Below, piece by piece: positions 38,802 to 52,200 of a stretch of DNA of 64,000 bases. This stretch comes from Lingula anatina (taxonomy: Eukaryota; Animalia; Brachiopoda), in assembly GCA_051362555.1 (NCBI GenBank), contig CM120645.1:3286001-3350000 (forward strand). The letters run 5' to 3'. The translations under genes and the position numbers were made by a program. The notes below the pieces were generated by a model that made no database searches, was not told the DNA's origin, and saw only the letters and a program-made list of their open reading frames with translations. The first letter of the stretch is position 1, and each line of letters begins with the position of its first letter.

Positions 38802-41171
38802 GACACTGGATTATAATCAGAGACCAACCAGTATCCCCAATAACAAAAAGTAGATATTGGTGCAATTGCCTGTCAATATTATTCATTTAGAATAACTTTT
38901 TTTTTATCTCCCTGCCATGCCAAATTTCACGGATCGGGTTTCTGTCTTTTTTCCCCACAGTCCTTTCTATTTAGCATTCAGATTTTTCAGTGGAGCACTA
39001 AGGTTGCTGTCGCTGAGAATTACAAATTCCAAAATTTGGTATTTGGATTCAATTCATTGTACACAGTGTCTCCATAATGAAATCACTTTAAAAACCAAAA
39101 ATATATTTTATGATACACGTGTCCCACTTTAATTGCCTTCGTAGTGTACGATCACTACCTTATGTTATAGTATATTCTATACCTCAATACCTCAACTTGA
39201 AGCCACATTAACTTATTATTATTTCTTACTCTGATATATCTCTTATTTTGGTGGAGGAACCAAAAAAATGAGCAAAATGATAAAAAAGGTTCTGATTCGA
39301 TCTTTTCTTAATGGACAGCTGTTTTGTATCGAGGACAACTTTCATGAGGCCGTTGTTGGAACTCCTTGGTTTCACACATTTCGCTTTTTGACAGTACTTG
39401 TGAACTACACTTGACATGTTAATCGACATATCTGAAATAAAAGTAGAAAGATTCAGGACCACAGACACTTGCTTGACTTGTTTTTTTTTTGTATCGCGTC
39501 TCTTCGTTTGTTACCCTAAATCCTAATTTTTGCATATTATTTATTTATTTATTTATTTTGCTTGCCACTTTCTATGGAACAAATTTATTATTATTTAAAG
39601 ACCTGTTCATGGACAGTGTTTTTCACGTTTATAATTCTCTTCAAAATGCTCAACAAACAATGCATAATTAAATTTTTAATGATAAACGTATCAGACCGTG
39701 TTTATATATTTTGTAATTATCTAATGAAATAATTTCCAGTTGAATTCCTCGTAAATAATGCAGACTTATTATTGCTTGAATAAGGACCTTATTGTCCATG
39801 GGCCAAATACCCCCCCCCTAGTGATTTTCGTTCACTATGTTTTTTCTGATAGCTTATGTCCTTAGCTTTTATATTCTGTTTGTTTGTCATTAAACAGGTG
39901 GTGGGGGCGTGTCGTACAGCCGTTGTCATGGTAGCAAACGTGGTAAAAACTAACAGTTCCGAGACCAACAAAATCTAATATATTTCAAATGCATTGACTA
40001 AATGGAATTTAAAATCATTCTAGACGTGTAGTCCAAGAAATGCACTAGAAATGATAATTTTTATTTCATCATTAAAGAATTAGAATATCAGAGATATTTT
40101 GATGCACCAGTGTAGCCTAGAGTCTCTACTTTCTGCCTAATAGTGCTTGTTCAAGGTGCAGTCTTTATATTGAGATGACAAATCCTGAAATCCAATATGG
40201 CTGCCACAAAACATGTCTTTTACATATAGCTGTCCTGTCTGGAAATATGACAGATTCATCATCCCATATTAAAATCTTCATTACTTTTGATGTATTGAAT
40301 ATGAAAATAGAACCGTTTTCAATTACTTGAGTTAATTTGGATGGAAGTATGACTTTCAAATTTCAAAATGGCCGCCAATGATCATGAAATAACATCTTTT
40401 TAACCAGTGGACTGAAAAGTTAGAGCTATATGCCTCATTTCATCTAAAGTTTGGATGAGAATTTATTTTCATAATACTGCTCATCCCTTCTAGATGTGTG
40501 GCCATGTAAAATGATTAAAAAAGAAAGATGAAATGGTCAACAATAACCGAAGACTCATCCCTTCTAGATGTGTGGCCATGTAAAATGATTATAAAAGATA
40601 GATGAAATGGTCAACAATAACCGAAGACTTGGACTTGAAATTCCCAGTGAAATCTTAATGAATAGAAATGATTTATATTTAGATAATAGGTTAGTTATGT
40701 TCATCACAAAGTGTAAGAGGTATTTTGAAAGGAAAATGTAACATTTATTCAGTCAGCACAACAATATGCATAAACCGTATTTTGTGATGGCCACCTTGGG
40801 TTTCAGGTTTTTACACTTAAAAAAGAGGGTTTTGGAGTAACGGTCACTCTACACAGTAATTATGTGATTCAGATCCTATCAACATCCTAACAGTTTTCAA
40901 TTCTAATGCTAAGTTTGCAAAAAGCTACTTTCAGTAATAAGAAGTAAATTTAACACAAATCTGTCACTATCTTGGATTGGCTACCATTTTGGCAATTTAA
41001 CTATGATATTTTTTCAAATAATTTCATTAATTGCTGAGGCCCAAGTCAATTTTTTTTAAGTTTACAATACACCGAGTTCATATTTTTGAAATACATGACA
41101 ATTTAAAGGTCTCAGAAATTATCATTTAAAAACCCCTGTGTTACTATGGCAACAGCTAATTCTGTCACACC

Positions 41172-41172
<1 letters not shown>

Positions 41173-41215
<43 letters not shown>

Positions 41216-43120
41216 ATTTATTTTGAGTCTAAAATCCATGATTATATGTTCAGAAAACTTGACATATACAAAAAACAATTACTTAAGAATCAATTATTAA
41301 GAATAGATAAATAAATAAATTACAAAGCTTAACAACAAAAAAATTAAGAGTATTCTAGATAAAACATACGTTTCATCACATAAAAGTACTTACAGTACAT
41401 AAATAAAACATGTTTGTTAAGAAAAAATAATCAATTCTAAGTAAAAAAAAAAGAAAAAAAAAGCCCTATTTGCACATAGAAAGAAACATAGAAGTAGAAC
41501 AGCTTTATTTCTTACAGTGCAAAAATGCAATTACTATAAAATTTGTAAAATCAATTTAAAAGTTGATTAGTCAAAAAAATTACTGAATAGTTATGTCTTC
41601 AATTCTTATTTTAAAATGCTTGGTAGACTGAATTGATCGGATTTTCAGTGGTAATAAATTCCATTCCTTTGGACCTGTTGATTTAAAAGAAATGTTGCCA
41701 TAAGTTTTAAGGCGCATTTTTACCAGCTTATATAAGTAACAATTTGTCTACAGCCCGCAGGGTTCTTTCTAGAACATAGTGAGTGACTAATTCACTTAGG
41801 TAGATCGGTGCAACTTTGTAAAAAGCGTCATGAACAAAGGCTAGGAATTTAAATAAAATCCTGGCTTGCAGAGGTATAGCCAATGTAACTCTTTAAAAAC
41901 TAGGGTGATATGGTAACTCATGGATGTACGGATTGATAAGCTAGCTGAGATGTTCTGAATACGCTGCAGTCTTTTAATCTGTTTTTTTTTTTTTGACAAC
42001 CATAAAATAGAATTACAGTAATCCAATCTAGATATTACTAAACAATTTGTAACTGTAGCTGCAGCAGAGTCAGATAGGTGATTACGAATTGCGTACTGTT
42101 CCTCATGTTAAATACTGCTGTCTTGCATATGCTAGCAATTTGCTTATTCATAGAAAGTGTTCTATCTAAAAAAACACCAAAATTCTTAGCATGGGGCGTT
42201 GGCTTTATGATACTGGATCCAATTTTGAATTTTTTTCTGATATTTTTTGATTATGTGGCTGGGTTACAACTAAAAGTTCAGATTTTACATCATTGATTTT
42301 CAACTTATTTCTTATCAACCACCTTCGTAGATCATCAATACACCTAGACAGCTTTTCAATTGATTCATTAGGATTTTCTACATTACAGCATGTAAAAAAT
42401 TTGCGTATCATCAGAAAAAATATGACAGCGAATACTGTGATGTCTCAATATGGCCACAATGGGTCATGTATACAATGTATACATACAAAAAGTTAGAGGT
42501 CCAAGAACACTACATTGAGGTGCACCAAAAGCTAACTCTGACACATTTGACAATATTCCATTAATTAAAACCTGTTGTGAACGACCTGTAAGATAGGAGC
42601 GTAAAAGGCTAAGTGCAGAGTCCCTGATAACAACATAATCTTCGAGAAAAGATAAAAGTAGTTCATGATCGACTGTATCAAATACTGCAGATAGGTCTAA
42701 TAAGACTAAAAGAATCATTGAGTGTTCATCGAGTCCACACAGGAGATCACTTTTTATTCTTAGCAATGCTGATTCAGTACTGTGTCTGGCCTAAATGTGA
42801 TAGCAATCTTCCAACAATGACCCTTTCAACGGTTTTTGATAGAAACGAGAGGTTAAACACATGTCTGTAATTTCCAAATGTATCAGTGTTTAGAGATGGC
42901 TTTTTTTTAGTAGGGGTTAAACCACAGCTTTCTTGAGTTGATCAGGGAAAGAACCTTAAGCAAAACTAGTGTCCATGATTTGCGTTATCAGGTTGATGAA
43001 CCATGAACGCTGTCAACATTGGATCAAGTATGCATGACCTCTTCTTAGTTTTGTTAATTATTTTTGTTACTTCGTCTGTAGATGCTTCTTGGCATATGAA
43101 AGGGTTGAAATGGGCTCCAG
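41173..43120 (-). mobile_element. Same LINE remnant, unit 3
   Basis: LVLLDLSAVFDTVDH, PQCSVLGP, NKLKIND.KSE, DYCNS, LHWL. Confidence 0.85.
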
Positions 43121-43694
43121 CAGCAGATCAGATAACAAATATGATTGTTAAACATCGCATTAGTATATCAATAGTTTTGTTTGACTGAATATCTCATATA
43201 CATACTAATTATCTGTTAAAATATCGGAATACCATAAAAGAGTTTAAACAATGGTCTATGTAATATTTTCATTTATTTTCATATTGATGACTTCATGGTT
43301 TGGCAACAAAGTTAGAAAACGTGTCAATTTTGGTGTTTCAACTTCAAAGTTTTACAATTTAAGCAAAAATTAGACTTTTGGCCTGTATAATCTTCTAACT
43401 CATTATTTCTTGTGGAAGAGAAAAATCTGACTTTTCAAGGGGTAAGCACTCTGTAAAGTGCTCCTAGTGCAGAAGGTACTAGTAATATGTTTTCATTGGC
43501 ATGTCTAGTAGTGGTTGAATAATTTGAATCTGCAATAATACATCTGTGGTTAGCTCCGAAGGGGTGGGGATGGAGGAGGCAGTAGCTGTAAGCACCACCC
43601 CCTTAGTCTGCCATCTTATCTTCAGGGCCCAATCTAAATAAAATATATAATTATAAAGTTTAAGATCGGCTGTTGTGGACTTCATCCTACACAC

Positions 43695-45104
43695 CTCCAC
43701 TGCCCCATGAGCGCCCCCTTCTTATACCAGTCAGCGTAGTGGCCCTTCAGGTGGACATAAGGAGGAAAAATCATATACCGCTCTCTGCCCAACTGGTCCC
43801 GAGTGTCCACCGGTTCGGCACCAACACTTAACAAGCATTTCGCCGCTTTCATGTCCTCGGTTGATGTCCAGAAAACAAATGGCAGATTAAAATATTAAAT
43901 TAAGTCAGAATATTTTTGTTGATTTTAAGCTTATTGCGTGATCAGTGGATATATATATAGAAGGTACCCTGGATATGTTACATTGTATAATGGCAATGTT
44001 TATTGAGACAGAATATACGTTTGAACCAAATAGGACGGTGCAATGTGAAATCTTCTCTACCACAATCTATCTCATGTATTTCCACTTTGTGTGATTATGA
44101 ATACAGTTGCCTATAAAGATTGCTTAAGTTTTCACGTGTACTATAAGGTTATAAATGTTGTTAAAATATGCTGGGCAAATACCGTCATGCGGATTTCATT
44201 AGAAATATATATGTATATTGACTATTGAACATTTTAACACGTCACTTTAACATACTTGTATGTGTCATCTGAAACGAAAGGAGATCTGTGAGAGATATGC
44301 AACTTGAATAATAATAGGTTAAATAGATGAAACGATATACAGGCTGTTCTTTGTACAACGACTTATATTGAATTGAGATTGAAAGTAAAAATAGTCATTT
44401 TAATGGACCACCCTGTACACTTTGTGTCCTCCCCAGGGAGGTGAGACCGTCTACAGAGTGCACCAGTGCAAAAATGACCAGGCTTCCTTGACTTGAATAT
44501 TCATTTCATTTAAATAAATAATTTACATAATTGTATAACTTCAACCTTCGGGTTGTGATTTTCCAATAAAGATTATTATTATGTATGGAATACATACCCT
44601 CTCCGTCCTGCAGGCATTTCGGGTCGCTGTTAATGGCTTTCGTAACAAGCAATCTGACAGCTTCCCTGCTAAGCACAAACCCTGGACCTCCACTCATATA
44701 CACGGACTTCTTAATTCTAGTATCAGCGTTGAATTCCCAATCACTGGGGTAAAACTGGTGTCCATAAAACTCTGCCCTCTTTGGGTCCCTAGATGATAGA
44801 CAATGTTTCAAATTTTCTACAATTACGTATGTATCAGGGTCAGCTTTGATAAAGAAATCTGCGTCGTTCAGATGATGCTCGTAAATGTATTTCCATGCAG
44901 CTTTGGCCTTTTTTGCAATGTATCCTCTCCCGGGTGGTACACGTAAACCAATTGTTGGGAACGTCTTATTTTCCATGGAGCTCATAAATAATGTGACGTC
45001 ACATCTTCTCGCCCACGTGTCTCTGACGTGAATAACGCGCTTGTCGAGATCTGGAGGATCAGTAAGTAGCCAACAAAGAACTGTTGGCATTGGAGGTCCT
45101 TTTT
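43695..45104 (-). pseudogene. C1GALT1: C1GALT1-like copy 3 (exons 45104-44598 and 43860-43695)
   Basis: The large exon is open. The next exon has its acceptor mutated AG>AA and a 1 bp deletion in a G run. The terminal exon is removed by a deletion joining the equivalents of ~10430 and ~10711. Confidence 0.8.
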
Positions 45105-46486
45105 CTGTAAGCAAAGGTGAAATAATGTGTTTATAAAGAAAAAATATCAGATAGTAAATCTGTTTTTATATTACAAACATAAAGACGATCGAGATAGATT
45201 TGCTATGCATAAATCTAAACGTAGGACCGGGGCGGATCCAGAAAATTTTTCTGACAGTCTTTCATATTACATTTGTTGATCCATCCTCCATTTTTGACCG
45301 TCTTCCGACAGAAAGAACAGATACCCGACGATGTAAACTTGAAAAGCTGACTGTCTTCCGGAAGACTCAGAAGACGGCCTGAATCAGTACCTGTCTAATA
45401 ATAAGTTGTTTCGCACTCTGTCTATCCCCTTTATTTTTTCTTTGGTGTTTCATTCTACCGGTAGTCTACCCCTTTTTTTTTTTTTTTTTTTTTTTTGTAT
45501 ACGTCTTTCTTGGGTGCACTGCAACTATTAATAAATCAACCATTTTTTTTGGCCCTCTGTCATGTTTCACTTGTTCACTCGTTCGTATTTTTCCAGTTTC
45601 AGTGCAGTTATTATGAGTACATCTCTGACTCATCATCCCAATCACCCCTTGTCTTTTTGAAATTTGTTTTTGAAAACACTTTTGATGCGGGATCCCAAAG
45701 GGAAAATGAGATGAGATTACTTCAACAGGATAATTTTATCACAGGTGCTTTTTATTTCTCTTAAAATTCAATCATTAAAATAATTACAGTAATCAAATAT
45801 TTTCCCTGGGAATCGTCAATTGCACATTTTGGTAGTTAGTAAAATTTTCCATTTGGCAAAAGAAAAATGGGGGGGGGGGGGGGGGGGGTAGAAAGGAAGA
45901 TGAAAAGATGACTAATTCTGTTTGCATAGTCATTACCTTGACTAGAAAAGTATGCTTACGTTACAGATACTTTCCTAACCAGCCGTCTCTGTAATTGCCG
46001 TCTTTATCTATTCAGATTTTTATTTCAAAGCCTGCCTTAATTTTGACGACATAGATGCAAGTGTTCAAAAATTGCTTTTGTTAACGGCTCAAGCCAATGC
46101 TTAGATTTTAGCAGTACATGCATTCTCTCATTATGATGCAGGCGGAATGCGACTACCTGTACCATAAGTGGTAGATAGTCGTAGGGATATGTTTTATTCA
46201 AATCACTGGCCGAAAAGAAAGTTTAATAGGGCAACCATATTTTTAAAAATTATACTGGAGAAATAAATTGTAGATCTAAGCTGATAACGAACGGTACCCT
46301 TCTCCCCCCCCCACCCCATTTCCTTTACAGATATATCCACAGCAGTGCTTCGCGGACGCCATCACACTTTCACACACACACACGCACACACACTTTACGT
46401 GTCGCACACACTTCAACTCTCTCTAATAACTTCTCTCTTTGTCTCTGTCACTCTGTCACACACACACATACACACACACACACACA

Positions 46487-49295
46487 CTGTGTGCTCTTGT
46501 TCACGCATTCTAACCGAGGACACACACCCGCCCGAAACCCACTAACCGAGGACACACCTCCAACCGAGGACGTCCTCGGTTGACATAAGCAGTGGAATGC
46601 ATAAAGGGGCCCATTTCAAGTTAGGTGGTGAAATTTGACGCTATTCTGAGCCAGTCCTCGGTTATGCTGTATAGCGCGGGCCAAATTCCCGCCACGAGTG
46701 TATCAGAAATACTGTCCAACTTTTTGTCTGAAATCGAGCTATACACACGCGTCCTCGGTTGTGCTGTAAAGGGCGGACCAAATTCCGCGTCCTCGGTTGT
46801 GCTGTAAAGGGCAGACTAAACTGAAACTAATGTTATATCTCAGATGTCTATATATTCTGTAAGTTCATATTTTTAAACTAAAGGTCTTTTTTATCAAATT
46901 AAGCTCTCCTAGGCTTTTCATAAAACTCACAGAACTGATGATTATAAGTAAAAGAATGGTCAAGATTGAAAATCAGCATGACCAGGCCCTTTTCTTTCAA
47001 ATGTTATGCTGTTTTTTTTTTTTTTTCAGCATATAAGTAACACTGTAAGCACATTTCAGGGAGAACCAATAAGCCTGTTTTCATGAAACTCACAGGAGTA
47101 ATCAATGTTATCTATATACAAATCAAGTTTAAAAATAAGATTGATTGGTTGAGTTTTGAGGGACTTCAGCTTTTATTTGTATATAAGTGGTTTTCCTCAG
47201 ATTTGATTGTCAGGCATGTTGACAGTTTCGTTATTGAACTAACTAGATATGTAAATATGTTAGTGTTTGTCTGAAATTTTCTGCATCTTTACAACATTGC
47301 TAGTTGATTATATAAATATGACGGTAAACATGTTATCATGTACTGTGTAATACAGTGTCTCAAAATGGAGGAAATGGGGTGATTATTTTCAAAAGTTTTG
47401 CATTTTTTTCTCCTTTTTTCAGTGTACATGCAACACTGTAAACACACTTCAAGGAGAACCAATAGGCCTGTTTTCATGAAACTCAGAGAACTAATGATTA
47501 TTAGTAAATTAAAAAGAATAATCAAGATTGAAAATCAGCATGACCAGGCCCTTTTCTTTCAAATGTTATGCTGTTTTTTTTTCAGCATATATGTAACACT
47601 GTAAGCACATTTCAAGGAGAACCAATAAGCCTGTTTTCATGAAACTCACAGAACTGATGATTATTAGTAAAAGAATGGTCAAGATTGAAAATCGGCATGA
47701 CCAGGCCCTTTTCTTTCAAATGTTATGCTGTTTTTTTTTAAGCATATAAGTAACACTGTAAGCACATTTCAGGAAGAACCAATAACTTAAAGCCTGTTTT
47801 CATGAAACTCACAGAACTGATTATTATGAGTAAAAGAATGGTCAAGATTGAAAATCAGCATGACCAGGCCCTTTTCTTTCAAATTTTATGCTGTTTTTTT
47901 TTTTTTAGCATATAAGTAGTTCACTGTAAGCACATTTCAGGGAGAACCGATAGGCCTGTTGTCATTAAACTCACAAGAGTGATCAATGTTATCTATATAC
48001 AAATCAAATTTAAAAATAAGATTGATTGGTTGAGTTTTGAGGGACTTCAGCTTATATTTGTATATAAGTGGTTTTCCTCAGATTTGATTGTCAGGCATGT
48101 TGACAGTTTCGTTATTGAATTTACTAGATATGTAAAATGGGTTGTTTGACAATTTCTGCGTCTTGACAATATTGCTAGTTGATTATATAAAAATGGTGGT
48201 AAACCTGTTATCTTGTATTGTGTAAAAAAAGTGCCAAAATGGAAATGAACTCGTATCATTGTAGTTTGTCAGATTCAATCATTCACAATGTTCGGAATGG
48301 AGGAAATTGGACATTTAAACTTGTTATATTGATATTTTTGCCATCTCAACAATTTTCTTAGTTGATCATGTGAAATGGCAGTAAACTGTATTATTTTATG
48401 TAAAAAAGTTAAAAATGGAAAGAAACCCATTTCAGTACAGTGCTCTCTTGTATACATTTAGCATTTTCAAAGTATGACTTTGGAGTTCCATGAACCTGAA
48501 AACCTTTGCTAGTCACATTTTCTGAATATTCATGATACTAATATTTTATTATAAAAAATTGATGATCATTATGCTGTTAAGCATTATATAATATTGCATC
48601 AAATTGGAAGAAAGCACAATTTTGGGTGCTGCTGGCATGATGTCCTCAATTGTAAAATTGTGTACTGTGCAAGTCTGTATCCAATGGACGACACTTTGTG
48701 TTATCAAAATATAAAATTCATGATAATAAAAGAGTGCTAAATAGAAAATAAGCATTATGAAAATAAAATGTTTGAAAACGAATTTCTTTGGTCTTTTATT
48801 TTATTTCATCAGTATCCTTTCTTTTCCTAAATTAATTGATGTTTTATCTCATAATCTTCAATTCTAAAAAAGTGGCAAAGCCCAGCATTAAATATTGTAT
48901 AACTGTTCATTTAATCATCACCTCTGGTGTTATTTTGGAATTTACCTTAAATATGAAAGAATTTCATAAAAATGTGAATTTCTGCAAAGTAACGCTATAT
49001 AAAATTTGCTTTGCATTAAAAGTACAATCATTATTACATGTAGATGCATGCATGTCCTCGGTTGTAATGTGTAGTGTCTGTCCGTGTGTGTGTCCGTGTG
49101 TGTCCTCGGTTAGAATGTAAAATTCTTGTCAGCAAAAAATTAGTTTTTATAAAAAATTAATTTATAACATTCATACTCGAATAGATTTTACCCTAAATTG
49201 ATGTTTTTATTTTGATTTAACCAAGGAATAAGATGTCCTCGGTTGTATGGTGTTGTGCTGATGTCCTCGGTTGGTACACATAGACAAGTACACAC
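46487..49295. mobile_element. Same DNA transposon-like insertion, duplicate
   Basis: Near-identical to 29144-31953. Confidence 0.7.
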
Positions 49296-52200
49296 ACACA
49301 CACACAGCTCTTCCTGTGTATATTTTAATTATGAAGAGAAAATAGAGAATTAACATCTTTGTTACTTGTATTTTTACCTGGTCTCGAGGCATGCTGGTCC
49401 GTATCTATCTCCTCACGAGAACGAGTTAGTGGTCCCTGTATAACAAGTTGTACTGCTATGTTAGATATTACTATGGCGGGTATCACGGTGAAATAAATTT
49501 GGCTTCGCCTCATGTACAATGAAAATGAAAATGCCGTATTGGGGGTAGGTTATATGCCAAATGTTTCTCTCATGCCCCACAGGTGGATTTCCATACGCTT
49601 GTATATATTTCTGTGCATGTGTCCTTTGCGACATCTCATTATTCCAGTCTCTCGTTTGACGAAGACTGTTTTTCAAGTTAAAGGAGGCCATTGTTCTCGC
49701 TTGTACGTACTGTACTTGTATGAATACCTTATGTATTCGCTAACGTCGGTGAATATGGACAAAATACGGGATAAGATCTATGATAATATCCTGTAGAAAA
49801 TATCTTTAACTTTGTTATGGACCTGATATATTCTAGTTTGGACTCAAAACACTCATTGGTCCAAATGAGCTTTTTTCTTGTAGATATGCATGTTTATGTA
49901 CATTATTAGACCTAATTCTATAGGACCTCGCATTTTGCGTGACAAATTTCATTGCTGCATGTCTAGCCGAAAATAGGGCAGGCTGTGCAGCTTAGTAAAT
50001 CGAAGATCGAAGTAAGAGATAGTCAAGGTGCTGAAAAAGAGCGATGAATATCAACTGGTACTTCCACATGTACATATGGGTGTGTAATACAATCTTTATA
50101 CACAAACATATAAGTAAAAGACATTTTTTGAGCTAAAGATAATTTATGCCACTGGCCCCTGTGCACGTTCGTATTGCGGAAAAAAGTTTGAAGTCGGTAA
50201 GGTATGGTTGCGCTTCTCTAAACTTTAAACATTGACTTGTTTTTTCTTGTTCATGTATGTCAATAAGTAATCATTATTACATGTAGATGCATGCATGTCC
50301 TCGGTTGTAATGTGTAGTGTCTGTCCGTGTGTGTGTCCGTGTGTGTCCTCGGTTAGAATGTAAAATTCTTGTCAGCAAAAAATTAGTTTTTATAAAAAAT
50401 TAATTTATAACATTCATACTCGAATAGATTTTACCCTAAATTGATGTTTTTATTTTGATTTAACCAAGGAATAAGATGTCCTCGGTTGTATGGTGTTGTG
50501 CTGATGTCCTCGGTTGGTACACATAGACAAGTACACACACACACACACAGCTCTTCCTGTGTATATTTTAATTATGAAGAGAAAATAGAGAATTAACATC
50601 TTTGTTACTTGTATTTTTACCTGGTCTCGAGGCATGCTGGTCCGTATCTATCTCCTCACGAGAACGAGTTAGTGGTCCCTGTATAACAAGTTGTACTGCT
50701 ATGTTAGATATTACTATGGCGGGTATCACGGTGAAATAAATTTGGCTTCGCCTCATGTACAATGATAATGAAAATGCCGTATTGGGGGTAGGTTATATGC
50801 CAAATGTTTCTCTCATGCCCCACAGGTGGATTTCCATACGCTTGTATATATTTCTGTGCATGTGTCCTTTGCGACATCTCATTATTCCAGTCTCTCGTTT
50901 GACGAAGACTGTTTTTCAAGTTAAAGGAGGCCATTGTTCTCGCTTGTACGTACTGTACTTGTATGAATACCTTATGTATTCGCTAACGTCGGTGAATATG
51001 GACAAAATACGGGATAAGATCTATGATAATATCCTGTAGAAAATATCTTTAACTTTGTTATGGACCTGATATATTCTAGTTTGGACTCAAAACACTCATT
51101 GGTCCAAATGAGCTTTTTTCTTGTAGATATGCATGTTTATGTACATTATTAGACCTAATTCTATAGGACCTCGCATTTTGCGTGACAAATTTCATTGCTG
51201 CATGTCTAGCCAAAAATAGGGCAGGCTGTGCAGCTTAGTAAATCGAAGATCGAAGTAAGAGATAGTCAAGGTGCTGAAAAAGAGCGATGAATATCAACTG
51301 GTACTTCCACATGTACATATGGGTGTGTAATACAATCTTTATACACAAACATATAAGTAAAAGACATTTTTTGAGCTAAAGATAATTTATGCCACTGGCC
51401 CCTGTGCACGTTCGTATTGCGGAAAAAAGTTTGAAGTCGGTAAGGTATGGTTGCGCTTCTCTAAACTTTAAACATTGACTTGTTTTTTCTTGTTCATGTA
51501 TGTCAATAAGTAATCATTATTACATGTAGATGCATGCATGTCCTCGGTTGTAATGTGTAGTGTCTGTCCGTGTGTGTGTCCGTGTGTGTCCTCGGTTAGA
51601 ATGTAAAATTCTTGTCAGCAAAAAATTAGTTTTTATAAAAAATTAATTTATAACATTCATACTCGAATAGATTTTACCCTAAATTGATGTTTTTATTTTG
51701 ATTTAACCAAGGAATAAGATGTCCTCGGTTGTATGGTGTTGTGCTGATGTCCTCGGTTGGTACACATAGACAAGTACACACACACACACACAGCTCTTCC
51801 TGTGTATATTTTAATTATGAAGAGAAAATAGAGAATTAACATCTTTGTTACTTGTATTTTTACCTGGTCTCGAGGCATGCTGGTCCGTATCTATCTCCTC
51901 ACGAGAACGAGTTAGTGGTCCCTGTATAACAAGTTGTACTGCTATGTTAGATATTACTATGGCGGGTATCACGGTGAAATAAATTTGGCTTCGCCTCATG
52001 TACAATGAAAATGAAAATGCCGTATTGGGGGTAGGTTATATGCCAAATGTTTCTCTCATGCCCCACAGGTGGATTTCCATACGCTTGTATATATTTCTGT
52101 GCATGTGTCCTTTGCGACATCTCATTATTCCAGTCTCTCGTTTGACGAAGACTGTTTTTCAAGTTAAAGGAGGCCATTGTTCTCGCTTGTACGTACTGTA

